Assembly (NCBI RefSeq): GCF_006345805.1
Contig: NW_021835381.1
Coordinates: 1-39,516, forward strand
Direction: 5' to 3'
DNA: 39,516 nucleotides
From: Octopus sinensis
Lineage: Eukaryota
Shown piece after piece: positions 12,750 to 24,085 of the stretch (position 1 is its first letter; each line of letters starts with the position of its first letter). Both the position numbers and the translations under genes were made by a program. A model generated the notes under the pieces. That model saw only the letters and a list, made by a program, of their open reading frames with translations, did no database searches and was not told where the DNA came from.

Positions 12750-13178
12750 CAGCCACTGTGTGTGTGTGTGCTTTCATTTCTGTGTCTGTGTGGGAGCGCG
12801 TATGTGTGACAGAGTCTTTCCAGTTCAATGTTTTTGCGTGCGCGTGTGTATGTGTGTGTGAGTGAGGGCGTGTGTAAATGTGTGTTTTGATTTCTAGGTG
12901 TGTGTGTGTGAGTGTGTAACTGTGTTTTCATTTCTGTGTGTGGGTGCGTACGTTTGTGTGTGAGTGTGTGTGACTATTTTCATTTCTGTGTGTGTGTTTG
13001 TGTGCGTGTGAGTGTGTGAGTGTTTGGATGTGTAACTGCGTATTTTCATTTCTATGTGTGTGTGTTTGTGCATGTGTGAGTGTGTGTGTGTGACTATTTT
13101 CATTCCTGTGTTTGTGTATTTGTGCGTGTGTGTGAGTGTGTGAGTGTTTGGATGTGTAGCTGTGTATTATCATTTCTA

Positions 13179-13217
<39 letters not shown>

Positions 13218-13420
13218 TGTGTGTGTGTGTTTGTGCGTATGTGAGTGTGTGTCTGTGTGTGAGTATTTTTTTCAGTATTTGTGTGTCGGGGACTGTTTTT
13301 ATTTATATGTGTGTGTGTGAGTGTGTGGGTATTTTCATTTCAGTGTTTGTGTGTGTGTGTGAGAATGTTTTCATTTCTGTGTGAGCGACTGTGTGTTTTT
13401 ATTCGTTTGTGTGTGTGCGA
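12750..13420. repeat. (TG)-rich minisatellite punctuated by TTTTCATTTCT
   Basis: Motif recurs about 8 times at ~40-160 bp spacing within TG runs. Confidence 0.8.
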
Positions 13421-13810
13421 CAATTACAACTACAACAAACACTTTAAGCATCTCTAAGATACCCACATTTGCAGATCACTAACTACTAAATCAAAAGAAG
13501 TTCCATTTATTGCACCTTTAGTGACTTCAGAAGTTGCTCATATTTTTCTCATATGGCGACAATGTATTAATTTCACAAGTGGATAAAACAAATTCTCATC
13601 CTGGCGTGGAGGGGGCTGATATTCTAGCTGCGAGTGCTAAGCACCCAATGCCCCCCCCCCGTATCAACATACTGGATCGGCCATAATTGGTCTCATTCGG
13701 AGATCTCTCGGGTGTGGAATATTTATGACTATAGATGTTAACTTGTTACAGGTTTCGCTTCTGGCCTAACTTTTGTAGATTTTGGGAAGTCCACAGACGT
13801 TACTGGCTTT

Positions 13811-13924
13811 GCAGTCAAATCTACTCAAGTAATTTGTCTCCTTTTTTGTTAAATCTTGTTGGAACTGGTGGATAAGAGTGGACAGTTTGGTCATTATCTT
13901 CGATTGACTGTAGTTGTTGATTTT
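13811..13924 (+). repeat. duplicated block X, copy 2
   Basis: Colinear with 7831-7942. Confidence 0.8.
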
Positions 13925-14050
13925 CAACCGATGCTGGTGTGTTTTCCTCCCTGTATTTTAGCGGTTCGGGAAAAGAGAATAAGAATAAATACTAGGCTTA
14001 CAAAGAATAAGTGCTGCGGACGTACTGCTCGACTAAAGGCGGTGCTCCAG
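13925..14050 (+). mobile_element. SINE 3' fragment
   Basis: caaccgatgctggtgtg...tactaggcttacaaagaataag...gactaaaggcggtgctccag. Confidence 0.8.
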
Positions 14051-14053
14051 TAT

Positions 14054-14088
<35 letters not shown>

Positions 14089-14445
14089 AGATATACGTGT
14101 ATATACCCACACACACATATATACTATCTAAAGCAAAAAAGAAACTTGATTATGTCCGAAGGGTAGTACTAGATAATATCATTACTTTATATATTTGTGG
14201 GGCGTAATGAAATGTAAATGATGAGCTAGTCAATGTTTATTTGTTAAAGGTACCAGCAGATTACTTGCATGTGTATGTGTGTCTGTACGTGCGCGCATGC
14301 TCGTGTCCCCTTTCACAGGCGAAAAACAAACACACCTATTACAGAAATTACATGAAACGTATTATATGATGTTAGGGAAGTAACTCTTAGGAGATATTTT
14401 CAGCTATCTCCCTAGTGAACAGGTCATAGACTTTTGTCGCTATAT

Positions 14446-14674
14446 ACTCTTTTACTCTCATTTACTCGTTTCAGTAATTTGACTATGGCCATGCTGCAGC
14501 ACCACATTTAATCGAACATATCGACCCCAGGACTTATTCTTTGTAGGCATAGTAATTATTTATCGGTCTCTTTCGCTGAAACTCTAAGTCACGGGGACGT
14601 AAACAGACTAGCATCAGTTGTAAAGCGATGCTTGGGGACAAACACAGACATACAAACACACACACACACACACA

Positions 14675-14705
<31 letters not shown>

Positions 14706-14706
14706 C

Positions 14707-14740
<34 letters not shown>

Positions 14741-14917
14741 AACACATATACGACTGGATTATTTCAGTTTCCTTCCACCAAATCCAATCACAAGGTTTTG
14801 GTCGACCCGGAGCTATAGTAGAAGACAATTGCACATGATGCCAGGCAGTGGGAATGAACCCGAAAATATATGGTTCGTAAGCAAACTACTTACCACACAG
14901 CCATTCCTGCGCCTATA
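14446..14917 (-). mobile_element. tRNA-headed SINE, full length
   Basis: Reverse complement matches 27359-27745 from head (ataggcgcaggaatggctgtgtggtaag) to tail; central (CA)n(TA)n. Confidence 0.9.
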
Positions 14918-14924
14918 TTCATAT

Positions 14925-15029
14925 ATCCGACGGACTTCTTTCAGTTTCCGTCTACCAAATCCACTCAGAAGTCTTTGGTCGGCTCGAGGCTATAGTTGAA
15001 AACACTTCACGAAGGAGCCACGCGTACCC
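14925..15029 (-). mobile_element. SINE 5'-half fragment
   Basis: cgacggacttctttcagtttccgtctaccaaatccactca...gagccacgc. Confidence 0.75.
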
Positions 15030-15928
15030 ACACCCTGACCACGGCTTTGAACCGATTCTGATGAAACTTGACACACACATAGCCCAATGTCATAATTCAA
15101 AACTAACACACCGAAAATTTTGAAAAGTTCCCCCAGTTCTGAAAAAAATCGATAGATTCGACATGGGGTCGAGAATCTAAGCTTTTCATATGCAACAGAT
15201 TTTCCGTTGTAGTTTTCGCAACTTGCAATCAATTTTCACCAAACTCATGGTGAAGCTTAATGTTACCCTAAGGAACTTAATTCTGACGTTAGTTTTCCAT
15301 GCAATACCTTACCATCATAAAAAAATCGATAAAATCATGCCATTTTGGGAAATCGCGTTCAAATTCAAGATGACATATTTTCAACAATATCTTTAACAAA
15401 TTGGCAGGAATTTTTTATGAAATTCACAGCGAGCATCATGTCTGCTCCAAGGAGCTATATGGCCCTTTTGATTCCAATAGGATACGTTATTACTGGAAAA
15501 AATCGGTTAATTACATCATATGTGGCACACATAGCAAACCGATTTTTCTGCGATATTTTTTGAAAGTTCACATAGATTTTCCCTACACCGACGTTGGACA
15601 TCAAGTTTGCATTAAATGTCAAACTAACGACCTTTTGTCAATGCAGTTAACAAGTATTGGGAGAAATCGACAAAACCATATCACTTTGAGACCGACCATG
15701 CGAACCCTACAAAACTGACTTTTGTTAAATAGTTGGCGGATTTCAGGCGATTTAGTCGATTTTTGCCGCTTTTATCATAAAGGTTACTAGAAATGGCATA
15801 TGTTTTCCTTTTGCTTCAAATCCGAGCAATGTTGGGCTGTAGATGCGTTAAGTTAGGATTAGGTAGGGCTTAGCTGTGGTCCGAACCCAACTTGTGTTCG
15901 AGGGGGCAACGGCGGGCTATGCTGCTAG
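15030..15928 (+). mobile_element. putative non-autonomous Helitron-like element, 5' end unresolved
   Basis: 3' end GGGGCAACGGCGGGCTATGCTGCTAG|T resembles the end of the 24086-25754 Helitron (CCCGAGCAACGCCGGGCGATACTGCTAG|T); no ORF. Confidence 0.5.
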
Positions 15929-15966
<38 letters not shown>

Positions 15967-15970
15967 ATAT

Positions 15971-16024
<54 letters not shown>

Positions 16025-16041
16025 TGTGTGTATGTGTGTGT

Positions 16042-16072
<31 letters not shown>

Positions 16073-16078
16073 TGTGTG
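15929..16078. repeat. (TA)n(TG)n microsatellite
   Basis: Directly visible. Confidence 0.95.
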
Positions 16079-17710
16079 CGCTGGTCCAGATGGTTTCCCA
16101 GCCATCCTCCTCAAAGCGTGTAAGCATGCCCTGGCAAAACCCCTCAAGATTCTCTTCCAGAGCTTTCTTGCGAATGGCAAACTGCCAAGCAAGCTGAAGG
16201 AGGGAATAATATGCCCAATACATAAAGGGGGAAGTAGAGCAGATGCCCAAAACTATAGGCCTATCTCTCTGACTTCACACATCAGCAAAGTCATGGAACG
16301 GATAGTCAGAAAGAAACTAATCGCATTCCTTGAGGAAAATAACTTGCTGAGTGATACCCAGCATGGTTATCGACCAGTTAGGAGCTGCCTGACCCAGCTC
16401 TTACAACATTATGACTGGGTGTTGAGGCAGTTACTCAACAAATCAAATGTGGACGTAATCTACCTTGATTTTGCAAAAGCTTTTGACAAGGTGGATAATG
16501 GTATGATATGCCACAAACTGCGTGACCTCGGCATAGCTGGAAAACTTGGAGTGTGGTTACATGACTTCCTGAAAGATAGGAGTCAGGCAGTAGTGGTTAA
16601 TGGAGCCACCTCTATGAACACACAAATAGTGAGCGGTGTTCCACAGGGCACTGTCTTGGGACCACTGCTTTTTATAGTGGCCCTCTCAGATATGCCCTCA
16701 AATGCCCGGATAACTACTCTGGCCAGCTATGCAGACGACACGAAAGTCTCGCAGAAAATACAGAACCCCAGCGATGTTGCACATCTGCAGCAGGAGTTGG
16801 ACTAAATCTACAGATGGGCTGAGGATAATAATATGCAGTTTAATGCTGAAAAATTCCAGGCCCTGCGCTACCAGCATCCAAAACTGAATATTAAACTTAC
16901 AGGATACACTGGTCCACAGGGAATTTCAATCCCAGAACCTAAGTCTGTGAGGGACCTGGGTATCGACATGAGTGATGATACCTCTTTCCAAGTGCACATT
17001 ACCAGGATGGCGAGAAAGTGCAAACGACTGGCTGGGTGGATCCTAAGAACATTCAGAACCAGAGATAAGGAAACCATGATGGTCCTCTGGCGGACATTCG
17101 TCCTCAGCCGCCTGGATTACTGCTCACAACTATGGTCACCCACCAGTGTAAAATTAACAGCGGACCTTGAAGCAATCCAGAGAAGATATACAAAGAAGAT
17201 CGTCTCTTTGCAACAGCTCAGCTACTGGGAAAGGTTGAAACAGCTAAGACTCTACTCCCTGGAGAGAAGACGGGAGAGGTATGCAGTAATATATGTCTGG
17301 AAGATCCTGGAAGGAATTGTGCCAAATTTTGGCATTGTAAGCTACACCAATACTAGAACGGGACGAGACTGCATAGTGCCAAAGATCCCAGCAATGCCAT
17401 GACGCTTCAGGACCAGCTTCTGCAACAGCCTGGGTTTCAAGGGCCCACAGCTTTTTAATATTCTCCCAAAGAGTCTGAGGAACTTGCACAAAGTAGATGT
17501 AGCAGTTTTTAAATTAAAACTGGACATCTTCCTGTCGAGAGTTTCGGATGAACCTACCTCAGGGCAAGAGGTGCAAATGAGAGTAGCTATATGAAACTCC
17601 ATTCTTCACCAAAAGCCACATATTAGACGAAGTTCTTCGCAATAACAGTGTAGCACAAAACGGCGGTGCATCAGCATGGCCGCAGCTCTGAGCTGATACT
17701 AGAGACAAAA
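16079..17710 (+). mobile_element. CR1/L2-group LINE, 5'-truncated, same family as 1-2240 (copy 2)
   Basis: Complete RT motifs (NYRPISLTSHISKVMER, YLDFAKAFDKV, GVPQGTVLGPLLF, YADD, SRLDYCSQLWSP, YSLERRRERY); same 3' end as copy 1. Confidence 0.95.
16081..17402 (+). pseudogene. reverse transcriptase, in frame with a TAA at 16803-16805 and a TGA at 17400-17402
   Basis: ORFs 15876-16805 and 16833-17402 share a frame; RT similarity continues beyond the TGA. Confidence 0.85.
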
Positions 17711-17714
17711 AAAT

Positions 17715-17940
<226 letters not shown>

Positions 17941-18000
17941 GTCTTTTTACTCTTTTACTTGTTTCAGTCATTTGACAGTGGCCATGCTGGAGCACCACCT
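17941..18000 (-). mobile_element. SINE 3' tail fragment
   Basis: Reverse complement reads ggtggtgctccagcatggccactgtcaaatgactgaaacaagtaaaagag. Confidence 0.8.
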
Positions 18001-18009
18001 TTATCACCT

Positions 18010-18420
18010 TAGGCTAGGAAAGATACTAGAAACTTTTTGGATATAACTATGGGGGCAACAGATTCTGCTCAGGATACTGATTTAGTAGGTATTTATTATC
18101 AGAACTTCAATTATAATGATAAATTATGATCTAGGAAAGATACTAGAAGCTTTTTAGATATACCTATGGGAGCACCAGATTCTGCTCAGGCTAATGATTT
18201 ACTAGGTATTTATTTATTATCAGAACTTCAATTATAATAATAAAGTATGGGCTAAGAAAGATACTAGAAACTGTTTTGATATACCTATGGGGTCACCAGA
18301 TTCTGCTCAGGCTACTGATTTAGTAGGTATTAATTTATTATCAGAACTTCAATTATAATAATAAATTATGGGCTAGGAAAGATACTAGAAGCTTTTTTGA
18401 TATACCTATGGGGTCACCAG
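18010..18420. repeat. ~121-bp tandem repeat, ~3.4 copies
   Basis: TA(G/A)GAAAGATACTAG starts at 18015, 18132, 18253, 18374. Confidence 0.9.
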
Positions 18421-20728
18421 ATTGCTAGAAATAGCATCCAAATCTTCCTCAGATCACACTTTTCTATACTAATGGACCAATGTCAGATCTTATAAATAGT
18501 TGCTTGACTTGCAAGATATAGCAGTCAAATCTTCCTCATATTGCACTTTTCTATTCTAATGGAACAATTTTAGACCCTCTAAATAGTAGCTTCACTTGCT
18601 AGAAATAGTAGTCAAATCTCCGTATTATCACACGTTTCTATTCTAATGGAACAATGTCAGATCCTCTAAATAGTTGTTTTCACTTGCTAGAAATAACTGT
18701 AAAATCTTCATCAGATCATATTTTTCTATTCTAATGGACCAATGTCACATCCTCTAAATAGTTGCTTAACTTGGTTGAAATAACAGTCAAATCTCCCTCA
18801 GATCATACTTTTCTATTCTAATGGACAAATGTCAGATGCTCTTAATAGTGCTTGACTTGCTCGAAAGAGCAGTCATATCTTAATCAGATCACACTTTTCT
18901 ATTCTTATGGACCAATGCCAGAGCCACTAAATAGTTTCTTAACTTGCTAGAAATAGCAGGCAAGTCTTCCTTAGATCACACTTTTCTACTCTAATGGAAC
19001 AATGTCAGATCCGCAAAATAATTGCTTCACTTGCTAGAAATAGCAGTCAAATCTCCCTCAGATCAGACTTTTCTGTTCTAATCGACCAATGTCACGAGCT
19101 CTTAATAGTTGCTTGACTTGCTAGAGAGAGGAAACAAATCTTTTTCAGATCACTCTTTTCTATTCCAATAAACCAATGTCAGACCCTCTAAGTAGTTGCT
19201 TGACTTGCTAGAAATAGCAGTCAAAACATCCTGAGATCACAGTTTTCTATTCTAATGGAAGAATGTCAGATCATCTAAATAAAAGCTTGACTTGCTAGAA
19301 ATAGCTATCAAATGTTCCTCTGATCACACTATTCTACTCTAATGGAACAATGTTAAATCCTCTAAATAGTTGCTTTACTTGCTAGAAATAGCAGTCAAAT
19401 CTTAATCAGAGCACACTTTTCTATTCTCATGGACTGATGTCAGAACCTCTAAATAGTTTCTTGACTTCCTAAAAATAACAGTCAAATCTTCCTCAGCTCA
19501 TGCTTTTCTATTCTAATGGACCAATGTCAGCTCCTCTAAATAGATCCTTGACTTGCTAGTAATAGTAGTCAAATCTCAGTATTATCACACTTTTTTATTC
19601 TAATGGAACAATATCAGATCCTCTAAATAGTTGCTTGACTGGCTAGAAATAGAAATTACATCCTCCTCAGATTACATTCTTCGATTCTAATGGAACAATG
19701 TCAGAACCTCTAAATAGTTTCTTGACTTGCAAAAAATAACAGACAAATCTCCATCAGATCAAACGTTTCTATACTAATGGACCAATGTCAGATCCTCAAA
19801 ATAAGTTGCTTCACTTGCTAGAAATAGCAATCAAACCTTCCTCAGATCACTTTACTATCCTAATGGAACAATGTCAGATCCTCTAAATAGCTGCTTCTAA
19901 AAATAGCAGACAAATCTCCTTCAGATCACACTTTTCTATTCTAATGGACCAATATCAGATCATCTAAACAGTTGCTAGACTTGCTAGAAATAGCAGTCAA
20001 ATCTCCCTCAGATGAAACCTTTCTTTTCTAATGGACCAATGTCAGATCCTCTAAATAGTTGGTTGTCTGGCAAGAAATAGCAGTCAAATCTCCCTCAGAT
20101 TACAATTTTCTATACTAGTGGACCAATATCAGATCCTCTAAATAGTTGGTTGTCTGGCAAGAAATAGCAGTATAATCTCCCTCAGATCACACTTTTCTAT
20201 TCAAATAGACCAATGTCAGATCCTCTAAATTAAAGCTGCAATTGCTAGAAATAGCAATCAAAGGTTCCTCACATCACTCGCTTCTATTCTAATGCACCAA
20301 TATAAGATCTTCTAAATAGTTGCTTGACTTGCTATAATTGACAGGAAAATCTTCCTTATATCACACTTTTCTATTCTAATGGACCAATGTCAGATGCTCT
20401 TAATAGTTGCTTGACTTGCTAGAAAGAGGAGACAAATCTTCCTCAGATCACACTTTTCTATTCTAATAGACCAATGTCAGATCCTCTAAATAGTTGCTTG
20501 CTTTGCTAGAAATAGCAGTCAAAACTTCCTTTAGATGACATTTTTCTATTCTAATAGACCAATGTGAGATCCTCTAAATAGTTCCTTGACTTGCTAGAAA
20601 TAGCAGTCAAATCTCCCTCAGATCACTCATTTCTATTCTAATGACCAATGTCACATGCTCTTAATAGTTGTTTGAATTTCTAGAAAGAGGAGACAAATCT
20701 TCCTCAGATCACACTTTTCTATTCTAAA

Positions 20729-21136
20729 GGCTGAAGACGCTTGACCTTTATTCTCTAGAAAAACGACGACGCCGTGGAGATCTCATTCTTGCTCACAACA
20801 TCATAAGCGGAAAGTATCCTCTCGAAAGAGCTGTCCTTCACTCCTGCTCCAGAGCGTCGGCTGCGGGGTCATTCCGAAAAGCTCTATCTGCGACGATTTC
20901 ATCTCAATTGAAGGATAGGGGCTTTCTCCGTCCAGGTTGCGGATCAGTGGAATAAGCTGCCAGACGAGATGGTGAAGATGCCGATGACCGCTCGGTTCAA
21001 AGTCTCCCTTGACCTCAAGTGGCCTGAACTCTTTACATGAACACCACCCTGTACATAACTCCTTGTCCCCCTACATGGCCTTGCTGTTTGCTTTTTGAGC
21101 CAAAAAATCAACTAACTAACTAACTAACTAACTAAA
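20729..21136 (+). mobile_element. CR1 LINE 3' fragment (third family) with (CTAA)n tail, inserted in the satellite
   Basis: Translates RLKTLDLYSLEKRRRRGDLI...RGHSEKL...AFSVQVADQWNKLP (one frameshift); CTAAA at 20724-20728 and 21132-21136; empty site at 23131. Confidence 0.9.
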
Positions 21137-24085
21137 AGACCAATGACAGATTCTCTAAATAGTTCCATCACTTGCTAGAAAGAGCAGTCAAAATTTCCTT
21201 TCGATCAAACTTTTCTATTCTTATGGACCATTGTCATGACCTGTAAATAGTTGCTTGATTTGCAAGAAATAGCAGTCAACCTTCCTCAGATCACAATTTT
21301 CTATTCTAATGGACCAATATCAGATATTCTAAATAGTTGCTTCACTTGCAAGAAATGGCGATTAAATCTTCATCAGATTACACTTTTTTATTCTAATGGA
21401 ACAATGTCAGATCGTCTAAATAAAAGCTTGATTTGCTAGAAATAGCAGTCAAGTCTTCCTTAGATCACACTTTTCTATTTCAATAGAACAATGTCAGATC
21501 CTAATAATAGATGCTTGACTTGCTAGAAATAGCAATCAAATCTTACTCAGATTACACTTTTCTATTCTAATGGAACAATGTCAAGATATCTAAATAGTTG
21601 CTAGACTTGATAGAAATAGCAGTCAAATCTCCTTCAGATCACAATTTTCTATTCTAATCGACAAATGTCAGATCCTCTAAATATTTGCTTTCCTTGCAAG
21701 ATGTAGCAGTCAAATCTTCCTCAGACCACACTTTTCTATTCTAATGGGAGTATGTCAGATCGTCTAAATAAAAGCTTGACTTGCTAGAAATAGCTGTCAA
21801 ATCTTCATCATATCACTCTTTTCTACTCTAATGGACCAATGTCAGATCCTCTAAATAGTTACTAGACTTGCTAGAAATAGTAGTCAAATCTTCATCAGAT
21901 CACATTTTTCTATTCTAATTGAACAATGTCAGATCCTCTAAATAGTTGCTAGACTTGACAGAAATAGGAGTCAAACCTTCCTTATATCAGACTTTTCTAT
22001 TTTAATGGAACAATATCAAATCCTCTAAATATTAGCTTCACTTGCTAGAAATAACAGTCAAATCTCCCTTAGATCACACTTTTCTGTATTAATGGATAAA
22101 TTCCAGTTACTCTAAATAGTTGCTTGACTTGCTAAAAATAGCAGTGAAACCTTCCTCAGATCACACTTTTCTACTCTAATGGAAGAATGTCAGATCGTCT
22201 AAATAAAAGCTTGACTTGCTAGAAATAGCAATCAAATATTCCTCAGATCTCTCATTTCTTTTCTAATGGACCAATGTCAGATCCTCTAAATAGTTCCTTG
22301 ACTTGCTAGATATATCTATAAAATCTTCCTCAGATCAAACTTTTCTATTCTAATGGACAAATGTCAGATGATCTTAATAGTTGCTTGACTTGCTAGAAAG
22401 AGGAGACAAATCTTCCTCAGATCACACTTTTCTATTTAATAGACCAATGTCAGATCCTCTAAATAGTTGCTTGTCTTGCTAGAAATAGCAGTCAAATCTT
22501 AATCAGATCACACTTTTCTATTCTCATGGACCAATGTCAGAACCTCTAAATAGTTCTTGACTTGCTAAAAAAAAACAGTCAAATCTTCCTCAGCTCACGC
22601 TTTTCTATTCTAATGGACCAATGTCAGATCCTCTAAATAGTTCTTTGACTTGATAGAAATAGTAGTCAAATCTCTGTATTATCACAATTTTCTATTCTAA
22701 TGGAACAACATCAGATCCTCTAAATCCTTGCTTGACTTGCTAGAAATAGAAATCAAATCTTCCTCAGATTACACTCTTCTATCCTAATGGAACAATGTCA
22801 AGATCTCTAAATAGTTGCTTGACATGCTAGAATTAGCAGTCGAATCTCCCTCAGATCACAATTTTCTATACTAATTGACCAATGTTAGATCATCTAAATA
22901 TTTACTTTCCTTGGTAGATATAGCTGTCAAATCTTCCTGAGATCACACTTCCCTACTCTAATGGAACAATATCAGATCATCTAAATAAAAGCGTGACTTG
23001 CTAGAAATAGCAGTCAAATCTCCCTCAGATCACACATTTCTATTCTAATGACCAATGTCACATGCTCTTAATAGTTGCTTGACTTTCTAGAAAGAGGAGA
23101 CAAATCTTCCTTAGATCACACTTTTCTATTCTAAAAGACCAATGACAGATTCTCTAAATAGTTCCTTCACTTGCTAGAAAGATGAGTCAAAACTTCCTTT
23201 GGATCAAAATTTTCTATTCTTACGGGCCATTGTCACAACCTCTAAATAGTTGCTTGATTTGCAAAAAATAGCAGTCAACCTTCTTAAGATCACACTTTTC
23301 TATTCTAATGGACCAATATCAGATCCTCTAAATACTTGCTTGATTGCTAGAAATAGCAGTCAAATCTTTCTCAGATCACACTTTTCTATTCCAATGGAAC
23401 AATGTCAAATCCTCTAAATAGTTGCTTGACTTGCTAGAAATAGCAGTCAAATCTTAATCAGATCACACTTTTCTATTCTCATAGACCAATATCAGAGCCT
23501 CTAAATAGTTTCTTAACTTGCTAAAAATAACAGTCAAATCTTCCTCAGCTCACGCTTTTCTATTCTAATGACTAATGTCAGATCCTCTAAATAGTTCCTT
23601 GACTTGCTAGAAATATTAGTCAAATCTCCGTATTATCACACTTTTCTATTCTAATAGAACAATATCAGATCCTCTAAATAGTTGCTTCACTTGCTAGAAA
23701 TAGCAGTCAAGTCTTCCCTAGATCATACTTTTCTATTCTAATGGAACAATGTCAGATCGTCTAAATAAAAGCTTGACTTGCTAGAAATAGCAATCAAATT
23801 TTACTCAGATTACACGTTTCTATTCTAATGGAACAATGTCAAGACCTCAAAATAATTGCTAGACTTGATAGAAATAGCTGTCAAATCTCCCTCAGATCAC
23901 AATTTTCTATTCTAATCGACAAATGTCAGATCCTCTAAATATGTGCTTTCTTTGCAAGATGTAGCAGTCAAATCTACCTCAGACAACACTTTTCTATTCT
24001 AATGGAAGAATGTCAGATCGTCTAAATAAAAGCTTCACTTGCTAGAAATAACACTCAAATCTTCCTTAGATCACACTTTTCTGTA

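Noticed and set aside
15876-16080. N-terminal extension of the 309-aa RT ORF
   Set aside because: Fortuitous in-frame read through the Helitron-like end and a microsatellite; the LINE is 5'-truncated at 16079.
21111-21134. (CTAA)n as an interstitial telomere
   Set aside because: It is the 3' tail of a CR1 fragment and is not TTAGGG.
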